This document shows, piece by piece, positions 12,565 to 24,613 of a DNA stretch of 64,000 bases; positions within the stretch are counted from its first letter, which is position 1; each line of letters starts with the position of its first letter. This DNA is from Octopus vulgaris. Taxonomy: Eukaryota. The notes under the pieces are model-generated. The model was not told where the DNA came from, did not search any database, and saw only the letters and a program-made list of their open reading frames with translations. The position numbers and the translations under genes are program-made. The stretch spans positions 146,568,001 through 146,632,000 of the forward strand of contig OX597814.1 in the NCBI GenBank assembly GCA_951406725.2, in the 5' to 3' direction.

Positions 12565-13200
12565 CCCCTCTCCATTCTTCACGGTTTCCTCGCAGCCACT
12601 CCCCTTCTCTCCCTTTCTCTTGCCCCTTCCCGTCGTTCACCCGCGACGTGACTTCCGCCTTCTCGTCGTTCACCCGCGACGTCACTTCCGCTGCTGTGTC
12701 TCTCGCGTGGCTCTCTCAAGGTAATAGACGACATTCTTTTTGCTCCGCTCGTCGTCCATAAAAAATTCTGCGTTTGCAACACTTCTTTTCGTTCGGCGCC
12801 AACAGCCCATCTTATCTTGTTTTTCCTTGTCCTGTCTTTTACTGTTTACAAATTGTACTGTCGTTACTGTCCTGTTGTTACCATTTTTTACCCCTCTGCG
12901 AAAAGATCTCAGAATTTTAATTGATTTGCTTTTCGCAGGAAGGAAAGTTTTCTTGTCGAAGATACGTCTCACTTTTATCCTTCGAAACGTAGAGTAGATG
13001 AAACCTTTAGCGACTGAAGAAGGGGTTTATCTTTGTGTTAATTGTCCTGTACTCTATTTTTTTGCTGTTTTTAAATAAATGTCCAGTTCCTTGGTTTATG
13101 TCTATGTTTTCGTTTCTCATTGTGTTCGACGTCCTTTTGGTGTCCTGGTGTCATATATGCGTGTATATGTACATGTAGAGGTAGGTACGTACATATATGT
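12565..13200 (+). mobile_element. CpG-rich non-coding insert next to (TA)n, possibly a solo pLTR-like element
   Basis: Sharp compositional change after (TA)n. Contains a 33-bp tandem duplication, a hairpin CTGCGAAAAG/CTTTTCGCAG, a GT..AG intron-like pair (12721-12938) and AATAAA at 13074. Confidence 0.5.
12631..12710. promoter_or_regulatory. Tandem ETS/CRE composite motifs
   Basis: GACGTCACTTCCGC at 12678-12691 is GCGGAAGTGACGTC on the minus strand. A variant copy lies at 12645-12658 and TCTCGCG follows. Confidence 0.35.
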
Positions 13201-13234
13201 TTACATATATGCATATGTTTTATTTTATTTATTA

Positions 13235-13275
<41 letters not shown>

Positions 13276-13332
13276 AGTGTGCATGATTTATATGAAAAAA
13301 AAAATAAAAATCACGTCTCTCTATTTATCTAT

Positions 13333-13398
<66 letters not shown>

Positions 13399-13959
13399 TG
13401 ATACACACATATGCGTAAAGTTCCACGGGCACAGACACATACACACTCATCTATGTATTCAATTAATAGCAGTTCTTTCTCTTCCGATATTGTTTGTATG
13501 AATGTTTACTGAAAAATAATTGACATTTGTTTGAGAATTTTGCACTCAAATTTCATTAGGCGTATATTTTTTTCCTATCTTTGGTATTTTCATGATATAA
13601 TACTTTCTACCGTCATTATCAATAGTATTACACACTTCCCGAATTATAATATCCTTGATTTAAAGCATTAATTACTAATGAATCACGCATAATATTTTTA
13701 AAGACTTCAAAAATAACATTAAATATGAAAAATTTTACAGTAAGTGTTATTTTGTTTTAACTACGTTACTTAACATTTGGAAATGAAATTTGTAATTTCC
13801 AACTTATTTAAAAAATTCTTTTGATGTTGTAACTTATATCGAATACCGCTATATATATTTTTGTATCCTGACAATCCTGTTATCGCTATGTATTTTCATC
13901 TATCCTATACAAGCTATGCTGAAAGTGTGTTTCAGAGTTGAATGTTGAAGCACCTCATA

Positions 13960-14047
13960 TATACAAGGGGTGTACGAAAAGTTTTCAGCCTCAAAAACGA
14001 AAAAATAACATGGTACAAACTTCAAGGCTCAAAACGCCTCTCGTGTA
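13960..14047. mobile_element. Tiny mariner-derived MITE
   Basis: TACAAGGGGTGT..GTTTTCAGCCT ... AGGCTCAAAAC GCCTCTCGTGTA forms imperfect TIRs flanked by TA. Confidence 0.45.
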
Positions 14048-14091
14048 TATATATATAAATATTTGTGTGTGTGTGTGTGTGTGTGTGTGCG

Positions 14092-14122
<31 letters not shown>

Positions 14123-15299
14123 CACTCCTTAAAACCACCTGTCTAGCATAACTGACATGAATGTGGAAAGTAAATATTTTTCATCACATTTAAATCTCTA
14201 TATTTCAAAGAACTGACAAAATCAGGAATCCCAATATTTAGCATCTTATAGAGAGTCTCTGAAAGGTTCAATAAAATCTAAAATATTCATTGTTTCACTA
14301 AAAGTTTGACATGAAACTCAGGGTTTTTCAAGTGAGAAAATGGTGTTTTTATTTTGCAAGTTTGTATCTCAGATAAGATGATTTTCATAGTATCTTAAGT
14401 TATCTAGACAAATAAGAAGACATAATATTTCTCTGCGTCGGTCTAAGTATGTGACCCAGTGTCTCCAATATGCGATAAATTAAACATTATCAATTCCACC
14501 TTCATCTTGAGAAAGCGAATAACATGGGTTTAGAGTTTCTATGTGTCAGGTGTAAAAGCATGAGCCTAAAATTGTCATAATTTTTCACTCATAGCACAAA
14601 GAAAATAAAAGTTAAAAGGGAAGTGAATATGAATTGAAGTTTCTGCAAGTCACAGTAACATTCTGTTGCACAAATATGTGTTGCCAGTTCTTTGCAATCC
14701 CAATGATGTTACTCTCTGCAATTTAGAAATTATCTTTTGAATTTCTGAACGAAATGATAGATTCAAATCACCGCATTGATTCTGTTGAAAGGGTTTGCAG
14801 TCTCAAGAGAATTTCTCTTTAGAAATCTCACTTTTAGAAATACTTTTTTATTTTTAAACTTCCCTTCGCTGGGGTGAACTTAGCCTTTTCTTTCTTCTTG
14901 AATCGATGAAATTAATAGCTATTGAAGTACTTCAGTAAATGGGCGTGATTTGTGATTATTGCATTCGGATATTCGCTCACACTCAGCAATACATCACTGT
15001 TATCTGAGCTGTTGCAACCAAAACCTCAGAATACCAGAATTTCTTCTACTCTGTGCCTATTTAATTTCACCAACAATTTCCTTTGTTTCAGGCGAGTCTC
15101 CTTGTTAAAGTGCATTTTTTTTATTTGCCACTCTTACATTTCGAGTCACCTCAGACACTTCATATGCTGTTGTTATTATTGTTGTTGTTGATACTGCTGT
15201 TGAATAGTTTGTAAACAACAAATAAGATCTGCTACAGTAATCATGTAGATTTGCTAACAACGCTCTTGAGAATGCTCTTACATTCCGAACAGGAATAGT

Positions 15300-16150
15300 C
15301 AACGATAGAGAAGGAACGCTACTCAGTATGGTATTACAAGGTCAGTTCCACCTCTAAAACTAATAACTTAAAAAAACCGGGAAGTACTATGGATGTGGCT
15401 CGGCAAGATCAATCTAAAAAAGATGACTGAAAGTCTAATTATCACTGACCAGGACCAGGAATTGAATACCAACTCTGGGAAAATGTATATATACCACACA
15501 ACTGCAACGAACCACTGCAGAATGTATGGCAAGAAGATTGAATGTAAGATTCACATTTTTAATGTTTGTGAAAGCCTTGCGCAGAAAGAATACAAGCGCA
15601 TACACGACTATGTATCTCCAAACTTTACTGACTTCTATGCCGGAAGTATGGATACGAGTAACGAGTGCTTGGTATCAACATAGCCCGGGGAAGTAATTGA
15701 CAAAAACGAGAAGTCTTTCATTTCCAGAGAGACAAAGAGTTAGAACACCGAAGACAGGTTGTCTATTAGCCTTTAGGAGGACCAACCAGAATGCCTAATA
15801 AGCAACGTGGCAATGTCAGGAGACCAACATATTATCACAAAACAAAGAGAAAAGGTCGACAAATATGGGGATTTCAAATCTGTGATCACCACGATATGGA
15901 AGCTGCGAGAGTCAAACATAAAACTGATCCTGTTGTCATAGGTTCACTGGGTTGAGTACTACCAAAGCTGAACAAATATATGCACACTATCGAAATAACC
16001 TACAATCTTGGTATATTGCAGAAATCATATTTACTTGAACCTGCACGCATAAAGCGTAAAGTACCGTTTGCCTGCGTTCCTTATTGTGACTTGACAGGCA
16101 ATAAAAATTCCCGGTACACTCAATATCTTCAATCTACAACATCATATGAG
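15300..16150 (+). pseudogene. Decayed R4/Dong LINE 3' fragment (CCHC and RLE region)
   Basis: WLGKINLKKMTESLIITDQDQELNT...CRMYGKKIECKIHIFNVCESLAQKEYKRIHDYV aligns with the intact element. Many stops and frameshifts. Confidence 0.8.
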
Positions 16151-16184
16151 TGTTCAGTATATTTGCCGAACAACCAGCACAGCT

Positions 16185-16409
16185 GATTTGTTTATAGTGA
16201 TCAAATGTATGTGCTATATGTTACCTCACTCTCTCCAGCAAATCGACGGTCCCTGAACAGGTGCACGGAGTACCACACCTCATGTGTCGCAGTGATCGCA
16301 GTGCAAGGTGAGACAAAGTGTTTTGCTCAAGAACACAACGCACCACCCGGGCTACGATTTTACGAACGTGAGTGCAACACCCTAATTGACTAGGCCATGC
16401 GTCCTCACG
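16185..16409 (-). mobile_element. tRNA-derived SINE
   Basis: Head GAGGACGCATGGCCTAGT..TTAGGGTG and core GTTGTGTTCTTGAGCAAAACAC. The head abuts (AAT)n. Confidence 0.6.
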
Positions 16410-16472
<63 letters not shown>

Positions 16473-16518
16473 GTAATAATAATGATGATAATGATAATAA
16501 TAATAAAAATAATGATAA
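16410..16518. repeat. (AAT)n microsatellite
   Basis: Seen directly. Confidence 0.95.
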
Positions 16519-16519
16519 T

Positions 16520-18628
16520 TGAGAGGGATCCATGAAAGGTTGCACAACAGCTAGATGAGTGCTTGCAGGAAGGCGCAGTACCCAGCTGGATAATAAAGAG
16601 AAAGACTTTGTTATGTGACAAGGATTCTGAATCTTGAAATGTTAAATCCAACTTTTAGTCTAATAAAATGTCTTCCGGTAATATCAAAACTTATGTCACG
16701 TGCTTTGAGAAGTGAACTGTACTGGAGAAAAGTGGGCAGCTACACACAGAACAGAAAGGGGTCTGAAAAGGTGCCGGAGAACGAAGCGTCAGCTCTTAAT
16801 TGATGATCTAATCTTCTGAAACTGCAAGAGAAGACATAGAAATCTGAGCTTGGGAAAGCATACGATATGATACCACACTCCTGGATAATAAGAACAATGG
16901 AAATGTATTAAGTAGTAGATAATATGAGAAGCTTTGTATGGAATCGCATGATATACGGGAGAACGGAATTGACAGCAGGGAAGCAAGTACTAGGAAAGGT
17001 GTAAATCAAGAGAGTAATCTTCAAGGGAGACAGTGTCCCTCCACTGCTATTCGTGCTGGGAATGAGTGAAATACTACAGAAAACAAAGTCGGTGTATTAT
17101 CTGGGAAGATATAAGGGAAAACTACAAACACTAGCTGTTAAAGGGCCACGTGAAGCTATTCACAAAAACTAAGGCAGAACTGGACAGCCTAGTCTAGTCT
17201 GTGGGGATTTTATCCACTGATATCAAGATGGAGTTAGGACACTCAAAATATGCAACGATAGTGATGAGACGAGGGAAGCTTGCTATAACAGAAGGTATAT
17301 GGTTGCCCGGTGGTGTAACTGATGAAAGTAATTCAACCTCAATACCGCTATAAATACATGGGAACACTTGAGGCAGATAGAATGAAACACCACGACGTTA
17401 AGAGAGTAACTGCGGTGAAAAATATTGGTTTCAACGCTGGGATGCCAGAAACATAATTTCGGCCATAAACTCGCGTGCAGCCGTAGTAGTTTGGTATGGC
17501 GCTGGAATACTGAAGTGGACAGAGGAAGAGCTAAATTAAATGAACAGGAAAACAAGAAAGCTCTTAATGATGCATGGAGCCCATCATTCACGTGCAGACA
17601 TATACATAAAGAGAGAAAACAGATGAAGGGGACTGGTAAGTGTGGAAGACTTCGTGTGAATCGAACTCGAGAGCTTAATGAAATACCTAGCCCAAAGTAA
17701 GGAAACCTTGTTAGTGATAGCTAGGAACGAGGGTGCATTGGAAGCGGAGATAAAGGAAAAACAAAGGAAGAGGTGCAAAAAGAAAATGAAGAAGAATTAT
17801 GCAATCCATTCCGGGCTGCCAGAACAGAAGTTGCTGGAAAAAATAGTTGGGATTGGTTGGTCAACGGAACCTTAAAACAGAAACCGAGAGCACTATACAG
17901 GCCACGCAGGACCAATCTCTGGCCTCGAACTGGAAGATCAAACTGAGGAATGCTCAAGTAACTCCACTGTGCCGCATCTGCAATAAAATGGATGAAACCA
18001 TTGCTCCTATCAAGAACGAATGCCCAAGACTTTCCCAAAACCACTACAAGCAGTGGCGACACGACTAGGTAGCGAAAGTGTTACGTTGAAAACTGTGCGA
18101 AAAATGGGAACTAGATAGAGGCAAGACGTGTTATGAACACAAGCATAAGAGATTGGCAGAGTCGGAGACTAGCAAATTCCTCTGGGATTTCCCAGTCCAA
18201 ACAGATTAGGTGCTAGCGCATAACAGACCGAATCAAGTGGTGGTGGACAAGGTGCACCACATATGCTATATAGTTGACGTTGCATCTTCCATTGATACGC
18301 GAATAGTGGAAAAGGATGACGAAAGGGTAAATAGAGAGATACAACCCTCTTAAGTGTGAAATAGCTCAGCTACGGAAAATGAAGATGAAGATAGTGCCAG
18401 TTATTGTTAGGTCCTTGGGAACAGTAACAGAAGGCATTAATAGGAATATAAAGAGAATTGGAATAGCGTGCTTAATAGAACTGTTACAAAAGTGTTGGCC
18501 CCATGGCAAATAATCCGGAAAATATTAGATAGCTGAAAAGAGCGAATAGCATGGTACCGTAGGCTGCAGGTCGGAAGCCCGCTACGCATGCAAAACTCCA
18601 GGGGCTCTAACAAAACCTGTGATAAAGA
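16520..18628 (+). pseudogene. Decayed R4/Dong LINE (RT through RLE and 3' UTR)
   Basis: Fragments KAYDMIPHSWI, IFKGDSVPPLLF, LKTETESTIQATQDQSL, CRICNKMDETI..C..WRHD and FLWDFPVQTD..NRP. Flanked by (AAT)n. Confidence 0.85.
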
Positions 18629-18644
18629 GATGATAATAATAATC

Positions 18645-18853
18645 GTTTCTACTATAGGCACAAAGCCTGATATTTGGAGGAGAGGGATAGTCGATTACAT
18701 CAACCCCAGCATTCAACTGGTGCTCATTTTATCGTCCTTGAAAGGATGACAGTCAATGTTACATCAATGCAACTTGAACTCAAAACTTACTGTCTAATGG
18801 GATGCCGCTAAGCGTTACACCTGGCGTGCTAACGATTCTACCAACTTGCCACA
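18645..18853 (-). mobile_element. Nin-domain-type SINE with (ATT)n tail
   Basis: On + GTCGATTACATCAACCCCAG..AACTGGTGCTCATTTTATCGTCCTTGAAAGGATGA, the reverse complement of the Nin/Deu-type core. The tail reads TAGTAGAAACGATTATTATT. Confidence 0.6.
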
Positions 18854-18854
18854 T

Positions 18855-18877
18855 TAATAATAATAATAATAATAATG

Positions 18878-18965
<88 letters not shown>

Positions 18966-18980
18966 TAATAATAATAATAA
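18855..18980. repeat. (AAT)n microsatellite
   Basis: Seen directly. Confidence 0.95.
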
Positions 18981-19132
18981 CACACAGATAGAGAAATTAA
19001 GGCCAACAGACCAGATATAGTTGTCAGAGATCATGAAGAAAAAAAATGCTTTTTAATTGATGTAAAGGCACACAGAGCTGCGCTCGGTAGTGAAGTGAAA
19101 GCACGCTATAAAAATAAAAATAAAACTACTGA
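18981..19132 (+). mobile_element. Miniature internally deleted Dong copy
   Basis: HTDREIKANRPDIVVRDHEEKKCFLIDV (RLE PD..D motif) is fused to a 3' UTR-like, A-rich end. (AAT)n lies on both sides. Confidence 0.7.
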
Positions 19133-19149
19133 ATAATAATAATAATAAT

Positions 19150-19360
19150 TGCCCTGATGCAGTACCAGACAGTGGCACTCGTGGCTTCTGATCTTAACTG
19201 ATTGGAAGTATTATGTACATTGTTTTGTCTTGGTATAAAAGATGGGCTACAGCAAACATTCTGCTCAGTACCACAGATTTGCTTGTCAGTTGTCTGACCA
19301 TAACCAGTTGAGCATGTGCCTTAGTGGCTGACGATATGTGCATCTCTGATCTCTCACTCA
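19150..19360. mobile_element. Non-coding (AAT)n-embedded element, internally deleted copy
   Basis: Aligns with 19377-19891. Both begin TGCC and end CTCTCACTCA before (AAT)n. Confidence 0.7.
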
Positions 19361-19376
19361 TAATAATAATAATAAA

Positions 19377-19891
19377 TGCCACAAGGAAGTGTAACTCGTG
19401 GCTTCTGAACTTAACTGATTGGAAGTGTTACCATGTACATTGCTTCGCTTTGGTATAAAAGATGGGCTACAGCAAATATTCAGATATGATTGTCAATTAC
19501 TTGAGCTTAACCAGTTGAGTATCTCTCTTAGTGGATGATGATATAAGCACCTCTGATCAGAAGCAGAAGTAGAGGGGGAGCATCATTGCCATATTTTCAG
19601 AGGAGTTATTTGGGGTTTGGATAATTCACCTTCGGAAACGCGGGTGTTTTGTTCAACATCCTTAAACAACCCTTATTCAGAGACCTTTAAAACAGGATGG
19701 GCTACTCGACCTGAAGAAAACTCTAACTCGGCCGCACCTGCAAGTTCATGAGCTGTTTATCATATTATATCAGTATGCCACGTACATGTGGTTGTGCTGC
19801 ATGTGCCTGGTGTACTCTTATGAGAGGGATAGTCATGATGTGTATACTGGGCTTTTTATATTTTACCCCAGTGTCACTGGCTCTCTCACTC
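19377..19891. mobile_element. Non-coding (AAT)n-embedded element, longer copy
   Basis: Shares CTCGTGGCTTCTGA.CTTAACTGATTGGAAGT...GGTATAAAAGATGGGCTACAGCAAA with the preceding copy. No credible ORF. Confidence 0.7.
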
Positions 19892-19987
<96 letters not shown>

Positions 19988-20255
19988 AGGAGAAGAAGAA
20001 GAAGAAGAAGAAGAAGAAGAAGAAGAAGAAGAGGAGGAAAAAGAAGAACGAGAATAAGGAGAAAAGGAGGAAGAAGGAGAGGAGAAGAAGAAGAAGAAGA
20101 AAAAGAAGAAGAAGAAGAAGAAGAAGAAGAAGAAGAAGAAGAAGAAGAAGAAGAAGAAGAAGAAGAAGAAGAAGAAGAAGAAGAAGAAGAAGAAGAAGAA
20201 GAAGCGGGAGAAGATGAAGGAGAAAAACAGCGGCAACGGCAACAACAACGACAGC
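19892..20255. repeat. (AAT)n-(GAA)n compound microsatellite
   Basis: Seen directly. Confidence 0.95.
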
Positions 20256-20639
20256 AATATCACACTGATATTCGATGAGTAGGAAGTCTAGGAATATTTG
20301 CATCGGTGGACCAGTTTCAGATATATTGTCTTATCGCTTGTAACTAACAAAATTGAAACAAAACAACTTGTCTATAAAAACAAAAATACGGCAAAATATA
20401 TGAAAGCTATGAAAATGCCATGCTAAATTATAACCGAAAAATGACAGAAAATATATTTCTATCACCGTATTTGTGCTATGCAATGATAATTTAGTTGGAT
20501 GAATGTTGCAGCCTATAATCGATGCCCAAAGAATATTTCGATAATATATAATCTTTTCGAAACACTTAATTATTAAAGAACGATAAGCGAGTCATCCTTC
20601 GTAAGAATTCTTATTAAAATTTTTAACTAGTAAATCATT

Positions 20640-20765
20640 ATGCTGTAGGTACAGTGCCTGAAATTTTGGGGAAGGTTTAGTCTATTACATCGACTGCATT
20701 ACATAAGTGCTTATTTCATTGACCCCGAAATGGTTAAAGACAAAATCAACCTCGGCAGAATTAGT
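20640..20765 (-). mobile_element. Nin-type SINE fragment
   Basis: CCTGAAATTTTGGGG..TTACATCGAC..ATTGACCCCGAAA..AACCTCGGCAGAATT. Confidence 0.55.
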
Positions 20766-22486
20766 TGAAAATAGAATACGCTGATATTCTAAATTTAATT
20801 ATTTCTAAATTAATGCAAGCAAAAGTTAATTCCGTGCCATATTTTTGGGAATTAAGTGTCATGAAGTTCACAATTATTATTGAAATATGTAATTACTACA
20901 GAAACTGTTGTATTATGAGCTACTGTATTGAATGAGTTTAAAAGTAACTGATGTAGAATCTATTCTCCTACATTGTATACCTAAGATATGTTAATGATTT
21001 GTTTGTCCTTATCGCAAGATGTGTAATCTGTGTCTCCTACGAAAAATTACAGTTTTCCACACATTGCAATTTACTTGTAGCTACTGAAGTATCGAACAAC
21101 ACAATCTGGCACGAACGGAAGAGAATAGCTTTAAAGACATATTAAACTCTTGTCTAACGATACACACACACACAAACGCTCTTTAAAGAAGTATGAAAAG
21201 TAGATTATATGTCATGTTGACAATAATTATATTATCCACGTGATGCAGGTTACCATGTTCTTAATCAATCTTTTCTTTATTAATCGGAGATGTATAATAG
21301 AAAACGGCCCTTTATCTAGAGTGATATCTAGCCAAAATCATCAGTATTTCACTAGCTAACACAGAGTGGTAGTTCAATATCCTTAGTCGTCAGCTAGTGT
21401 GCAGAAATCTGTAAAATGCACTTTAGCTTGTTGTTCATAACGATAACATGCGCCAGCAAAGCTTACACTACAATGGAAAAGTGGTATTGTTGGAAGAGAT
21501 TCTCTACTGACACTCATTCATTACTGCCAAATACTTGATGATCATTAAAGGCGCTATTATTAACCTGTTCAAGATCATAGCTATAGATGTTCTTCTGATA
21601 TGTTGATCGCTTTTGCTTGATATCGAGGCCTATAGCTGGGAGGGGGAGTATGATTACGTAAGTATGTGAGTCCACTAGAAATATACTTAAATAATACTTA
21701 AAATCGTGAAGAAGAAGAATCTATATAGCCAAAAAAATACAACCCGATTAATACTGCATTGAAATGATTAGGCATCGTATGAACCTAAAAGTAATAAAAA
21801 AAGAATCAGTATATATAACGAGGAGTCGTTTAACAAAGACAATTACCGAGCTAACCGCTAAATATTTTAATGCAGTATGCACAAAACACTCTGTTCATTA
21901 TGTCTAGATGTAAGCATAACTTTACAAAACGTAGGAAATATATTTGGCTCTTGAAACACAAAATAAAGCCAACTGCATGGTAAATATGTCTATAACACAT
22001 CAGTAAGAACTGAATAATTTATTGGGTAGCAATTTAAATTAAATGCCCCTTTATAGAAAAAGTGTATATGAGCCTATATGGTTATAGTAGAAACGATGTT
22101 TCTCCGTATGATTCATTTATCACGTGTAATCAATGTTTATTAGAAAATCAACATTAAATGTCCTATAACTTCTAAAGGATTAACATCCCCATAACGGCAT
22201 TCCTTTTTGTGTACTTACACTCTGAGAGAGGTGATGCCCTAAAAAGTACAGCTTAACAAGGACAACATTGCTTCGAGAAAGTCCATTTCATTTGCTTTCT
22301 AAAATAAAAATTATGTATTGTGCATTATTGATTTAATAGACAGTTTCCTTCATCGAAATATCAGATTGTCTATGTTAAAAATGACTCTTATTGCGGGACT
22401 TCATTGTGTGTATGTGTAATAAGAGCCGTAACATTACCATAACAAGAGCAAACCAATATAAATATGTATTTATAATTATTTGTTAC

Positions 22487-22985
22487 CATGCGCAAAAGGC
22501 CTGAAATTTTGGTGAAGGGTATTCAAAAGGTACTTATTTTATTGACCCCGAAAAGATGACAGTCAGAGTCGACCTCAGCGGAATTTGAAATTAGACCATA
22601 AAAATCCTGAAGATATGCCACCAATTTTAATCATAAGCATGTTCTTAATTCAGAATTCGAGGTGTGTAATAAAACAACACTTTACTTCATCGACCTCGAA
22701 ACGATGAGATATTTAAATTCTAAACATAAAGAAAGTGAAGAGACCATGCTAATCATTTTGCCCGCCACACGAACAATTCTGCCAGCCAGAATCGTTTTAA
22801 TTAAGATTTCAAATTTTCGCATGTCAGCAATTTTACGGGAAGAGAACACCCGATTACATTAACCCTAAGTGCTCAGCTACAACTTATTTTATCTATATCG
22901 GGGTGAAAAGTCAGCTTCGGTGGACTATGAAGTCACAAAATAAAGAGCCTGAAGAAATGTTCTAACATTTCTGCCATCTCACCGA
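22487..22985 (-). mobile_element. Cluster of about 3 decayed Nin-type SINE fragments
   Basis: Repeated ATTGACCCCGAAAAGATGA..GTCGACCTCAGCGGAATTTGAA-like segments. Confidence 0.5.
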
Positions 22986-23897
22986 AAGAAGTCCATGTAA
23001 GAATCGATTATTGGTTTGCAATTAATGTGATAATATTTTACTTTATTTTCGTATTGCATTTGTAGCACATGCCATAAAAGTTCACATGAATTCAAAAGAC
23101 TAAGTTTCAAATATATCTACACACTAAAAATAATTTCATCGTAATAATGCATTTACTAAACGTTCTGGCTTAAACGATGAAAAAGAACGTTATTCTTTTT
23201 TCTCTGTAAAATTCCTTTCAAGTTTAGTTCTTTGGCAAATTTTAAGTCATTTAAGATTTTTAGATTGCGGGGGGTTATCGATGCCGATGTCACCCTGCTG
23301 CTCAAATACTCTCAATTAAATAGTTGGTACTTTAATATTTGCCAATGAAGATGGTATACATAGCTACAGGAGAAACACTTGACGTTTTATCTCTTGCGCC
23401 TTTTTTCCTTCATATCTTTTACATATTCCTCATATAGATTTCTACGTGTTGTAGCATAGAAATCAACACATTTGCTAGTTAACGGAACTCGGACGCTCCA
23501 TCTCATATACACACACATGCACATACACACAAACATACACACAAACACACACACGTACATACCCCACTCGCAGGCACATGCAGGCACATACATACACACA
23601 TTCAAATACATATATTCACACATATATATATATGAATGTATTTATGTGTTAACATCTGAATGTGTGAGTACACAGCAATAATTCTTTTGGTGCCAGTGAT
23701 TGTATGATCGGAAAATGTTGTTGTACCATATGTGACATCAAGAAGGATTGATTTGATAACCATCATTTTAAGGCATACACACTTGTAGCAATTCCTACAA
23801 ATAAATGGACATACACACACAAACACACACACATACACATACATGCACACAAATACACACATATACTCACATATATGCATATATATGTCATTCTGAA

Positions 23898-23945
<48 letters not shown>

Positions 23946-23991
23946 TGCATGTGCGATATCTGTATATATATGATTGTATGTATATGCATGC

Positions 23992-24050
<59 letters not shown>

Positions 24051-24545
24051 CATGCAGAAGATCAAATACCCGATGGTAAAAGTTCAGAAAACAAGAAATT
24101 TCTATTGATGTCCAAATCAATTTGCAATAAGTCACGATTTTGCGAAATACATATGTAAGCTACCATCCTTAGCTAAGTTATCTTGTGCAGGCGAAAATCA
24201 ATAAAGAATTTCAGTGTCAGATGGTGACAAATATTTCGCTTTGATAAACGTCATTCGCATGTCGCATAAAGTTTAAAGGTTATAAGTAAATTGCAAATCT
24301 GTTTTATAGTATCCTGTTTTTGACATGCGCACAACCCACGCAAACGTCAATTGTATATCAATGTACCTCTCGATCATTCAAGAAATCTGCAGCATGAGCT
24401 TTCGAATATAATATCGTTATAAGAATGTTGCTCCCCGTCAGTTTGAACTATTAGCCTGAGCACATCGGAGCAAGTTTTAAATACACTCCGTTCATATAAA
24501 ACAAATCCGTGGATTATAAACACGCAAAAGAAGGCACCTGTCGGC

Positions 24546-24613
24546 CTGAGGTCGGCAAATTTTCTTGAGTAATGAGCCATAAGAGACATGGCTCATCATC
24601 AGTCCGGCCTCAG
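24546..24613 (-). ncRNA. Hammerhead-like fold, degenerate
   Basis: CTGAGGCCGG A CTGATGA TGAGCCAT gtctctt ATGGCTCA ttactcaa GAAA ATTTG CCGACCTCAG, giving a 9/10-bp stem I and an 8-bp stem II. Confidence 0.45.

Noticed and set aside
12975-13030. CCTTCGAAAC...CTGAAGAAGGG as a type II hammerhead
   Set aside because: Stems I and III and the UH site could not be formed convincingly.
19748-20303. Long low-complexity ORFs (poly-N/K/R/E/I/L, YI repeats) here and across the window
   Set aside because: Translations of microsatellites, not genes.
21335-21400. CTGACGA...GAAA on the minus strand
   Set aside because: No stem III/UH or stem I; compatible with chance.
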